The position numbers were made by a program, and so were the translations under genes. A stretch of DNA of 64,000 nucleotides, taken from Aquidulcibacter sp. (GTDB lineage: Bacteria; Pseudomonadota; Alphaproteobacteria; Caulobacterales; Aquidulcibacteraceae). Numbering within the stretch: position 1 is the stretch's first letter; every line of letters begins with the position of its first letter. Positions 29,172 through 38,004 of this stretch are shown in pieces. The DNA lies in contig NZ_JADCBK010000004.1 in NCBI RefSeq assembly GCF_020253525.1, positions 52,261 to 116,260 of the forward strand, read 5' to 3'. The notes beneath the pieces are model-generated. The model ran no database searches. It worked only from the letters and a program-made list of their open reading frames with translations, and was not told the origin of the DNA.

Positions 29172-31316
29172 TCATTTTAGAACTATCCTTGCGACTGGGC
29201 CGGCCCAAGACAGTTCATGCCCGGCAAATTGGATGGAGTGGCGCTTCATCGGATCGGGTGCGTGCGCCACAGCGACCGCGACTTTCACCCCTGCCCGCGT
29301 GGTGAGAATGGCGACATCTGCCTCGCCAATGGTTGCAGCCTCGATGGAAGCGATTTGGCTGCGACTGGCCGTGACCCGCTCGCTATCTGGGTCATAGCTG
29401 CCATGGCCCTCAAGGACTCCGGCAAACAAGCTATCGGCCGCACCTTCGAGGCGTTGGATGATCATAGGCTCGCGGCGCAAATTAAAGTTTGGATCGCCTG
29501 CACCGCTTTCGGCCAGGATAACGCTGCTGCCTGTTTGCGGGACCCAGTGCCACGTATGAAACCGGGTTTGATTTTGCCACGTTATGAAGGGCTTCTGCGG
29601 TGTGCTGGCGACACCGTCGACCCATATGTGCTGATAGCCAGCACCTTGGCCGAGAACTGGCCTTACCTCTGTATTGACCTTAAACTGGGGGCCAAGCTCC
29701 ACGATATGGCCCTGATAATGCAGCGGCAGATCATAGCGATGCTGGCTTGTAGACCGCACACGCAGAAGGTCTACCACCACCCGCTTGTCTAATCCGGGAA
29801 CCGCGACCAAGGCGACGGCGCGGGTCATGGTTACGCCCGGATAGGCATTGGCTTCCCGTCCGACCGAAATCGAGAAGTCTTGCGAGGCGCTAAACAGCAC
29901 CTGCTCGCCCGCATGCTCTTCTGCGGGCTCTAGTTTGCCATCAAAATGGCTGCGCCCATCGACCACCAACACATTATGGGCAATCGATTGTTTCGCCCAG
30001 CTTTCGTTTTCAGGAAGGTAACGGCCGCCATATTTGGCCTCGACATTATGGAAGCGCGCGGCGCCATAATCGCTGACAATTTCGCGACCTTCATCGAAAT
30101 AAAGCCAGTTGAGCCGGTCAAAATGGCCATGGCCCATCCCTTGGGACGCGCTTTTGGTAACCAGCAATTGTCCCGTTTCAGAATCGCCAGACCGGATGAG
30201 GGCGACTGCACCTGACTTGCCATCGGCTCCATCGCGCAACAGACGCGAGCCGAAAGGAAATGGTCGTGCCTTTCCGGCCGCGAGATCGGCTGCCACCATC
30301 TTGCCTTCGGGCGAAAGGGCAACCCGTCCTTGCCAGTGTGCGACGGACAAAAGGGCGGGATCGCGCGATTGCGCATAAGCGATGGCAACACTCTGATAGA
30401 GCTCTTCTGTATTGAGGCTCTTTTCTTTCAAGGCATCATTAAAGGGCACAAAATGGCCGCGATAGGTCAAATCAACCGCAGTTTGGACCGTCTTCACAAG
30501 GACGCCGTCGCGCCGCTTGAAGATGCCAACTGCGGGATCATAGCGTTCGATGGAATTGGCAAAGACCATGAAGGGCCACAGCGCATAACGCTGATAATAG
30601 CCCCCTTCGGCATAATAGCCGTCGGGCGACAACAAATCGTCGATCTGTTTTAGAAAGCCAGCCGATCCATCTTTTCGCGATCCTTTTAGGGCGCGGTCGA
30701 CAAGGTCGCGATCGCCCAACACATAGCCCGTCATGCCAACGCCAGCCGTTGCCCAAGTTGCATGATTGTGGATCATATCAAAGGTTTTGACGCTCTCGAC
30801 CGATAGAAAGGTTGCCATCTGACGGAACAGGGGGTCGATGCGCGCGCGGTCCTGTGCCGACAGATCCGCGCGGATTAGTTCATAGCCCTGAATGCCATTC
30901 ACCAGCCAAACAGCATCGTTCAAAACCTGCCAGAATAGCTTGCCATAGCGCTGATCATTAGACCGCGCTGGATGGGGCCCTAGTGTCGGATAAAGTGCGG
31001 CATAGGCCAGCAACATATCGCGCGCATAATCGCGATATCGGCGATCACCTGTAAGTTTATAAAGCTGGCCTGCTTCATAGAGCGCGCGGTAATTGCGCTT
31101 GTGCTGCTCATGGCTTGCGCCGCCGCCCGGGTCCTTTGGCTGGGGTACATAAATCCCCGCCTGCATCATCTCCTCAAGAAAGACACGAGATTTGGCCACT
31201 TCTGTCGCAAACAAGTCCGGCGCAGCTTGGCCCGCTGGCGCAGGCTGGGCGGCACTTGCACCGGGTATGGCGAAGGTGACGGAGGCGAGAAATGCCATGG
31301 CGATTAGATTGCTCAT
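29172..31316 (-). CDS. PL17-type oligoalginate lyase (alginate lyase + heparinase II/III-like domains), exported
   Basis: Signal peptide; HNHATW, GYYAEGGYYQRYA, GMGHGHFD, YLPENESWAKQSIAHN. Confidence 0.92.
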   Translation of the reverse strand: MSNLIAMAFLASVTFAIPGASAAQPAPAGQAAPDLFATEVAKSRVFLEEMMQAGIYVPQPKDPGGGASHEQHKRNYRALYEAGQLYKLTGDRRYRDYARDMLLAYAALYPTLGPHPARSNDQRYGKLFWQVLNDAVWLVNGIQGYELIRADLSAQDRARIDPLFRQMATFLSVESVKTFDMIHNHATWATAGVGMTGYVLGDRDLVDRALKGSRKDGSAGFLKQIDDLLSPDGYYAEGGYYQRYALWPFMVFANSIERYDPAVGIFKRRDGVLVKTVQTAVDLTYRGHFVPFNDALKEKSLNTEELYQSVAIAYAQSRDPALLSVAHWQGRVALSPEGKMVAADLAAGKARPFPFGSRLLRDGADGKSGAVALIRSGDSETGQLLVTKSASQGMGHGHFDRLNWLYFDEGREIVSDYGAARFHNVEAKYGGRYLPENESWAKQSIAHNVLVVDGRSHFDGKLEPAEEHAGEQVLFSASQDFSISVGREANAYPGVTMTRAVALVAVPGLDKRVVVDLLRVRSTSQHRYDLPLHYQGHIVELGPQFKVNTEVRPVLGQGAGYQHIWVDGVASTPQKPFITWQNQTRFHTWHWVPQTGSSVILAESGAGDPNFNLRREPMIIQRLEGAADSLFAGVLEGHGSYDPDSERVTASRSQIASIEAATIGEADVAILTTRAGVKVAVAVAHAPDPMKRHSIQFAGHELSWAGPVARIVLK

Positions 31317-33529
31317 TGGAGGCGGTTGTCCCGAATTTCGGCGCGCAATGGCCCTTTGAAATAAAGTTCCGACACGACGGGGGGTGGCGATGCAGCAAAC
31401 TCATTGTTTGTGATGCGTGTTGAAGGCTCACCCACGCTGTGGATCACCTCTAGTTTGGCGCTGCGGAGGAAGCGGTTTTGAGAGATGCGCGTCACCTGAA
31501 CACCAGAAAGACGCACACCACCGCTCTCTGTGATCTGGCTGTCCAGCAGGCTAAATCGTGGGCCAAATGTGCTCTCGTCCGTGCCTTGACGCAGCACATC
31601 GGCAATCATGCCAACGCGGGTGAGTGACAGCTGTTCGAACTCGATCTCTTCGACAGGATAGAGCCCGGCATTGCCCCGTTCAGAGGTGGCCGCAAGAACC
31701 GCCCCACTTAAGTCCGTGACCTGCGTCTTGGCGATCCGGACTTTTCCGGCAAAAGTCGCCGGGGTTGTTGCGATCAAATCAAATTGCGTTGTATGCGCCA
31801 GATCGAGGAAAAGGCAGTCTTCAATGTCCACGACATAGTTTGTCAGCATGGTGCGGGGTGAAGATCGGATCACAGCATTGCCGACTGCAGAGGGCGCTTC
31901 CTTGCCAGAGATGGTGAGGCCCCGAAGGGTCAAGCTGCCACCCTCTTCCATCACAAATAGCGTCGCCGCGCGAAAGGAGATGTGTGCGCCAGCCCCTGAG
32001 ATCGTCACATCACGGCGCACGGGCAGAGGCTCATCAAGGGTGAATGTGCCTTTGCCAAGCTGCAAAACATCGCCGTCATGCGCGTTGGCAAGCGCTGCAA
32101 CCAGCGCGCCGGAGGTTTGAATCGTGACGGTTCGACTTGGCTTTGGCTGAACCGCTGATTGTGATGCAGGCCGGTACCAAGCAGGACCAACAGCGCTGCG
32201 CTTAGGTGCCACAAGTTGGCGAGACGCACCAAGGTCTGCCATTGCTTGGTTGCGCGGATAAAGGAGCCCATTGGCCCCACGCCGCAGTGCAACGGGCTTT
32301 TGCTCAAACCCAACACCATCCGGCACACTTATATTGGTAACATTGCCCGCAAACTGGATGCCCGTTGTGGGCGCATCGACGCGAAACGGCGCATGCGACA
32401 AATCAGTCACCACAAGATTTTTGGTGACCTTTACCCCCTCGGGCGCGGCAGAACGCTCAGCGCTTGCCCCGGCGCCAAACAGAATGGAGACCGGATTGAC
32501 GAGAGTGTTATTGGCAATTTCGCCACCCACAACTTGATGATAGCGATTGATGACCGAATTGGGCACGCCATTCATGATGGAGAGCGCGGCGGTGAAATTC
32601 CCGCCTGCCAATCCCTCCAAATAATTGTTTCGCACGGTTTGATCGCGATTAATGACCCGGATCCCGCCTGTGTTGGCCTCGCCCATGCCCAGGAAGATGT
32701 TTGATTCCACAAGATTGCCATTGCCATGGCGCAAAACCACAGCACCTTGCGAACGCAAAAACAGATTGCGCCGGATCGTATTGCCGCCTGACTTGATCGA
32801 GATAACCTCTACCTCACCATCACAGCGCTCAAAGATATTGTCTTCAATCACGGTGCCAGAGGGGCTGAGCGATTCCTCGCTCGTGCCAATTCTTAGGGTC
32901 TCGCCGCCATTGGAGCCAAGAACCGGGCGCGGGCCAAAATAATTGTGGTCTAGGCGAATATTGTTGTCGAGCGGCCAGCCGGGCATGCGGATCACCACAA
33001 ACATCGCACCCAGATTCTGCTTGCCTTCAAAATGGGAGTGGTCGAACCGGATATTGCGACCATAGAGCGCAACCCAATGATCTTCTTTGCGACGGTCTGG
33101 ATTGCTGAAGCCGTCGATGACAATGCCTGTTAAGCGCGCATTCTCGGCCCACCGATTGCCAATCCGGGTCACGATGGCGGCTTCGCCCAAAGGCTGGCCC
33201 GAACGGAAGACCAAATCCTTTACAACCAAATGTCGCCCAGCAAGGCGGAGTGCCGACGCGCCAGAGACGATGACTTTACCGGGTGTCATGGCCTTCAAGA
33301 TGATTGGCTTGGCGGCCGTTCCTTGCGCGTCAAACTGGATGTCCACATCGCGCCAATCCCCATTGGCGAGAATGATCTGATCGCCCGGCTGAGCTGCCTT
33401 GATCGCGGCCTGCATCTCTGCAGAACTTCGCACCACGATATCCCGCGCGAGGACCGGCGACCCGAAAGCCATAAGAAAGGCAGCAAGAATGGCAGGATAG
33501 CGGCGCATGGCTATCCCTGGCTCACGCAA
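31313..33529 (-). CDS. PL6 alginate lyase (chondroitinase-B-like beta-helix, two-domain)
   Basis: GSNGGETLRIGTS, EVISIKS, LRHGNGN, NRYHQV; true start may be ATG 33508. Confidence 0.92.
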   Translation of the reverse strand: MREPGIAMRRYPAILAAFLMAFGSPVLARDIVVRSSAEMQAAIKAAQPGDQIILANGDWRDVDIQFDAQGTAAKPIILKAMTPGKVIVSGASALRLAGRHLVVKDLVFRSGQPLGEAAIVTRIGNRWAENARLTGIVIDGFSNPDRRKEDHWVALYGRNIRFDHSHFEGKQNLGAMFVVIRMPGWPLDNNIRLDHNYFGPRPVLGSNGGETLRIGTSEESLSPSGTVIEDNIFERCDGEVEVISIKSGGNTIRRNLFLRSQGAVVLRHGNGNLVESNIFLGMGEANTGGIRVINRDQTVRNNYLEGLAGGNFTAALSIMNGVPNSVINRYHQVVGGEIANNTLVNPVSILFGAGASAERSAAPEGVKVTKNLVVTDLSHAPFRVDAPTTGIQFAGNVTNISVPDGVGFEQKPVALRRGANGLLYPRNQAMADLGASRQLVAPKRSAVGPAWYRPASQSAVQPKPSRTVTIQTSGALVAALANAHDGDVLQLGKGTFTLDEPLPVRRDVTISGAGAHISFRAATLFVMEEGGSLTLRGLTISGKEAPSAVGNAVIRSSPRTMLTNYVVDIEDCLFLDLAHTTQFDLIATTPATFAGKVRIAKTQVTDLSGAVLAATSERGNAGLYPVEEIEFEQLSLTRVGMIADVLRQGTDESTFGPRFSLLDSQITESGGVRLSGVQVTRISQNRFLRSAKLEVIHSVGEPSTRITNNEFAASPPPVVSELYFKGPLRAEIRDNRLQ

Positions 33530-33667
33530 TGGGTGTTGGGGCAGGCCTCATTCCGCATATCCAATGGATCACGGGCAACCTCGCCCCGAATGATCATAGA
33601 CCGCATGTGAAAGCCCCCCACCAGTTCACGAAGATGTAATAAGCATCCGGTCCAATGTGTCAACCAG

Positions 33668-33862
33668 TTATTCATACCAATCTTTTGAAGGTGGCCGACA
33701 TATGGACGCCCCTTAAAGAGCAAGACAGACGATTTTCGTCATTTTACCCATAGATATCTGCCATTTTGCCGTGAATTATCTCCATTTCTGTGGGGAATTG
33801 GGGAATTGCAGGCCTAAATTATATACCAAATTCTCGATAAATTATGCAGATTGGCATGAATT
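33668..33862. promoter_or_regulatory. Divergent PL6/TBDT control region with three candidate FadR-type sites (about 33668-33683, 33816-33832, 33848-33862)
   Basis: Read in one orientation: AGATTGGTATGAATAA, AATTTGGTATATAATTT, AGATTGGCATGAATT; TTGACA follows at 33868-33873. Confidence 0.55.
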
Positions 33863-33931
33863 ATTGGTTGACAATAATCGGTAAGGTGGGCAACGAGCGA
33901 TAAAGGCAAAATTCACGGGGAGGACAATTTC

Positions 33932-36900
33932 ATGTACAGCGGAGCCAAATTTGGCAATCGGAGTCGTTTAAACAGCCGATTGAGCATCGCACTTTTAAGT
34001 GGAACCGCCGCCATCGCGAGCCCCGTGTTTGCGCAAAATGCCACCAGGCCTGCGACACCACCGGTGGCACAAGATGCCGCTCCTGCTAAGGAAGTTGAAC
34101 AAATCGTCGTGGTTGGTATCCGCAGATCGTTGCAGAGCGCCTTGGGCGAAAAGCGCAATGCCGACAGCCTGATCGAAGTCATCAAAGCCGAAGACATCGG
34201 AAAGCTGCCCGACCAAAACCTTGCCGAAGTGTTGGAAAACGTCACGGGCATCCAAATCACCCGCTCCGCCGGTGTTGGCAGTGCGGTCCAAATCCGCGGT
34301 ACAGATGCAAACCGGACCGAGATTAATGGTGTTTCCACGGTGTCGTCCGGCGCCAGTCGGTCTGGCATTAGTTTCGAAGACTTACCCGCCGCACTCATTG
34401 CCTCGGTTGAAGTCACCAAGGTCCCAACCGCTCAAACCATCGAAGGATCGGTCGGGGGTACGATTAACCTGCGCACCATTCGCCCACTCTCGCTCAAAGA
34501 GCCTTTGATTTCGGCGCGAGTCCAATCAGAAACCAGCGACCTTTCGAAATCAACGCTGCCTCGTGTTTCTGCAACCCTGGGCCGGCGCTGGGATACCAAT
34601 ATTGGCGAAATCGGTTTGGTCATCAGCGGCAGTCATGCTCGCCAAGATGTTGCCTCTTTCAGCCCTCGCGTGGATCGCGACGCCATCGTGCTGCCGGGAT
34701 CAGGCCCAAGCGCCCAATCCTTCCCATTTCTTCGCATTCAGTTCTTTGATCAGGAATTGATCAATTACGAATATGACACCAAGAATTATACCGGCGCTTT
34801 TGAATGGAAGCCCAATGATCGGCTCAAATTCTATTTTGACGCCACCCTCAACGACCAGCAGCGAACCCAAGAAAGTACGCGCGTCCAGATTTCTGGTACC
34901 GCGTCGGGTACGGTTGTGAATGCCACGAACAACACATCTTTTGAGACGGTCAATTGGGGTTCCCTCGATGGCCCGAATGGACCGATTAATCTCGGCACCG
35001 TTCAAGCCGCGTTGACCGGCACGATTGGCGTTGGTGTTGAAACCAACGGCACCATCGACCCCAACTTGCGCACCTCAAGCAATACCGGTGCACGCCTAAC
35101 CGAAAGCCGGGTGTTTGCCTTTGGTAGCGAATGGGAGCCAACAGACCGGCTCAAAGTTCGGGCAGAGGGGTCGATTTCGACGTCAAAGTCTGACTTTCCA
35201 AACTTTTCAACCACGCTGGATTTCATCAACCCTCTGGGACCACAGCCTTCTTTCGGTCGCTCGATTGATAACGGGGTTCCCACAGAATTTGATTTGCGCG
35301 GCGGTATCCTGCAATTTGGCCTGAACGCGGCCAGCCCGATTTCACCCACATCGGCCATGATGCTTAATCCAGCCAATTATCGGCTTCAGCAAGTCACCCA
35401 AGGGGCCAATAAAACCGATAATGAGGAAAAGGCAGCGCGCTTTGATCTGAGCTATGACGCATCCGACAGGATCAAATACGTCAAATCCGTCGACTTCGGC
35501 TATCGTTGGAACCGCAATACGGCCATCAACAACGTCTTCACCAACAATGTCACATTGACGAACCCAACGACCCATTGGAACCGTCCGTCGGGTGATCGTT
35601 TTGCCAGCATCCTGGTTCCAGGGCCCAGCAATTTTAATGATGCCGACGGACGCCGTCTCTATTTCCCGAACTTCTTGATCATCGACGGAGCCCTTTCGTT
35701 CAGTAATCCCACCCAAGTGTTGGATGCGCTCAACACGGCCATTACTGCAGCCAATGCCGCGCGCACCGTCGGCGGCGCAATCGCGCCTTTGACCGTGCCG
35801 ACAGAGTCCGCATCCGGCTTCTTCACAATCAATGAAACGACCAATGCCGCCTATCTTCAGGCCAATTTCGAAACCGAGATTGCGGGCAAATCGGTGACGG
35901 GGAATGCCGGGGTTCGTTATTTGGACACCAAGATTTCCTCGATCGGCAATAATGTGTCCAACAATACCTCTGGCGGCCAAATCGTGGCCGACAGCTCTTA
36001 CAGCTTCTGGCTGCCCCGCCTCAATGTCGTGACAGAGGCAGCCGACCGCTTCTTCATTCGCGCAGGTATCGCTCGCGATATTCGGCGGCCCGACTTTGAC
36101 AGAATGTCGACATCGGTTTCGTTTGGCACCTCGCCCAATACCCCCGTTCCCGTTGGCAATCCCGATCTGGTTCCAGAAGCTGTCTGGTCCTATGACCTCT
36201 CAGCAGAATGGTATTTTGCGCCTTCCAGCTTGATCAGCGTCGGTTTCTTCCACAAAAGCCGGACCAATCTGTTCGCGCAACGCCAAGAAGATCCCGCACC
36301 GAACTTGGTTGGATCGCAGCTGAATATCGATATCACGCCTCCTTGCGAAGGCGGGGGTATCTACAACCCGATTGCCCAACGCGGCATCAACAACCCAACC
36401 CCCGGCACGGGCATCTGCGTTCCCCTCTCTTCGACCTTCAATGTCAGTGGCTCTACCACCCAGACCGGGGTCGAAATTGCGTTCCAGCATGACCTTTCCG
36501 CCTATGAAGAGACCTTGGGTTTTGCGTCGGGCTTTGGCTTTATTGGCAATTTCACCTATCAGAAGACGGGTGGTTCAGCGAAGGAATATCGGGCCGCAGA
36601 TGGTCCACGCAACGTCTTCACCCTCTTGGGCTTCCCCAACTCAAAAGACCGAATCACGCTCACCAATCTGTCGAACTATGCCTATAATGCGACGGTGTTT
36701 TACGACAAATACGGCTTGAACGCCCGCGTCCGCTATACGTGGCGATCCAGCTATGCGACGGATGATTCCTTCTTCTTCGGGCTTCCACGCATCAATGGCG
36801 ACCGAGGCCAGCTGAATGCCAGTATCAATTACGACATCACCGACAACATCAATATCGGCATCGAAGGGATCAATCTCTTACGGTCGGACCAACGGCAGTA

Positions 36901-36982
36901 TTGCGTCAACAATAATGCTTTGCTTTGCTTCCAAGGCCTCACCGATCGCCGCTTGACTGCCGGTCTCAATGTGAAATTCTAG
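33932..36982 (+). CDS. TonB-dependent receptor (oligosaccharide uptake)
   Basis: VVVGIR TonB box, AEDIGKLPDQNLAE plug, C-terminal GLNVKF; GGAGG RBS. Confidence 0.96.
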   Translation: MYSGAKFGNRSRLNSRLSIALLSGTAAIASPVFAQNATRPATPPVAQDAAPAKEVEQIVVVGIRRSLQSALGEKRNADSLIEVIKAEDIGKLPDQNLAEVLENVTGIQITRSAGVGSAVQIRGTDANRTEINGVSTVSSGASRSGISFEDLPAALIASVEVTKVPTAQTIEGSVGGTINLRTIRPLSLKEPLISARVQSETSDLSKSTLPRVSATLGRRWDTNIGEIGLVISGSHARQDVASFSPRVDRDAIVLPGSGPSAQSFPFLRIQFFDQELINYEYDTKNYTGAFEWKPNDRLKFYFDATLNDQQRTQESTRVQISGTASGTVVNATNNTSFETVNWGSLDGPNGPINLGTVQAALTGTIGVGVETNGTIDPNLRTSSNTGARLTESRVFAFGSEWEPTDRLKVRAEGSISTSKSDFPNFSTTLDFINPLGPQPSFGRSIDNGVPTEFDLRGGILQFGLNAASPISPTSAMMLNPANYRLQQVTQGANKTDNEEKAARFDLSYDASDRIKYVKSVDFGYRWNRNTAINNVFTNNVTLTNPTTHWNRPSGDRFASILVPGPSNFNDADGRRLYFPNFLIIDGALSFSNPTQVLDALNTAITAANAARTVGGAIAPLTVPTESASGFFTINETTNAAYLQANFETEIAGKSVTGNAGVRYLDTKISSIGNNVSNNTSGGQIVADSSYSFWLPRLNVVTEAADRFFIRAGIARDIRRPDFDRMSTSVSFGTSPNTPVPVGNPDLVPEAVWSYDLSAEWYFAPSSLISVGFFHKSRTNLFAQRQEDPAPNLVGSQLNIDITPPCEGGGIYNPIAQRGINNPTPGTGICVPLSSTFNVSGSTTQTGVEIAFQHDLSAYEETLGFASGFGFIGNFTYQKTGGSAKEYRAADGPRNVFTLLGFPNSKDRITLTNLSNYAYNATVFYDKYGLNARVRYTWRSSYATDDSFFFGLPRINGDRGQLNASINYDITDNINIGIEGINLLRSDQRQYCVNNNALLCFQGLTDRRLTAGLNVKF

Positions 36983-37004
36983 ATCAGCACCAAACAGGGC
37001 TTTG

Positions 37005-37039
37005 GCCGGGGGTAGCAAGCCGCAACCCCCGGCTTTTTT
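37005..37039 (+). terminator. Rho-independent terminator of the TBDT
   Basis: GCCGGGGGT/ACCCCCGGC stem followed by T6. Confidence 0.85.
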
Positions 37040-37183
37040 GTGCCCATCGTCCCGCAACCCCACCACATCCAAGGGCGCAGACTACGAGGATCAAGCCTGG
37101 GGCACCTTCCCACCAGACTTCAAGGCGGGTGACACCCGTGCAACCGACTGCGCGTCGCGAAAATTTAGTATATCAAATTCAAA

Positions 37184-37197
37184 TCTAATATATTAGA
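37184..37197. promoter_or_regulatory. Perfect palindrome TCTAATATATTAGA, candidate GntR operator
   Basis: 14-bp palindrome abutting the ATG at 37198; related TTAGTATATCAA at 37165-37176. Confidence 0.6.
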
Positions 37198-38004
37198 ATG
37201 CAAAGCATGGAATCCCTGACCTTTACCGTACGACCCCTGTCCGACGTGCTGAAAGCCGAAACGCTTGGCACGGAGGGTTCGCTTGTTGACCGAATTTACG
37301 CCGTCCTGCGCCGGGCCATTATTGACCTGTCGCTGCCGCCCGATCTGCCGCTTGTCGAGCAAGAAGTTGCTGCCGCCTTGCAGACCAGCAAGACGCCAGT
37401 ACGCGAAGCAATTATCCGCTTAGCGCGTGAGGGGCTGGTCGAGGTTAAGGCAAAGAGTGGCAGCTATGTGACGCCCATCAGTATTGAGCGCTATTTGGAA
37501 GCCTGTTTTGTGCGGATGCAGTTGGAGGTGGGCTGCGTTCGCAGATTAGCGTCGCGGCGGATATCCCCGGCCGACCAAGTGTTGATGCGGGCCTTTATTG
37601 CTGAGCAAGAAGCTGCCTTTGCCGCCAATGATGATGCACGATTTTTTGCCGCCGATGAGGCGATGCACCACGGCCTGTTTGAACTGGCAGGCTTGCCCGG
37701 TGTCTGGCGGACGATGAACCTCGCCAAGGCTGAGCTGGACCGCGTGCGCCATTTGAAAAGGCGCTTCGGCAATCGTCAGCGTCAACTTGTCATCGAGGAG
37801 CACAAGGCCCTCATTGAAGCCATCATCGCAGGCGATCCTGCCGCCGCCGAACGGGCGTTGCTCGACAATATTGGTGCTGTCGAAGAAGAAATTGCGGCGC
37901 TTGCACGTCATCCAGGACTGTTGCGCACCATCGAAGACCTGAACGCCCTTGTCGCCATCGAACATCGTCTACGCGGCGGGAAAACCTCTAGAAAGGCCAG
38001 CTGA
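37198..38004 (+). CDS. GntR-family FCD regulator (RspR/YdfH-like)
   Basis: IYAVLRRAII, SKTPVREA HTH; FVRMQLE, DEAMH, EEH motifs. Confidence 0.9.
   Translation: MQSMESLTFTVRPLSDVLKAETLGTEGSLVDRIYAVLRRAIIDLSLPPDLPLVEQEVAAALQTSKTPVREAIIRLAREGLVEVKAKSGSYVTPISIERYLEACFVRMQLEVGCVRRLASRRISPADQVLMRAFIAEQEAAFAANDDARFFAADEAMHHGLFELAGLPGVWRTMNLAKAELDRVRHLKRRFGNRQRQLVIEEHKALIEAIIAGDPAAAERALLDNIGAVEEEIAALARHPGLLRTIEDLNALVAIEHRLRGGKTSRKAS

Noticed and set aside
33511-33723. Small ORF upstream of PL6 considered as kdgF or a leader peptide
   Set aside because: No cupin motif, and it overlaps the operator-rich promoter region
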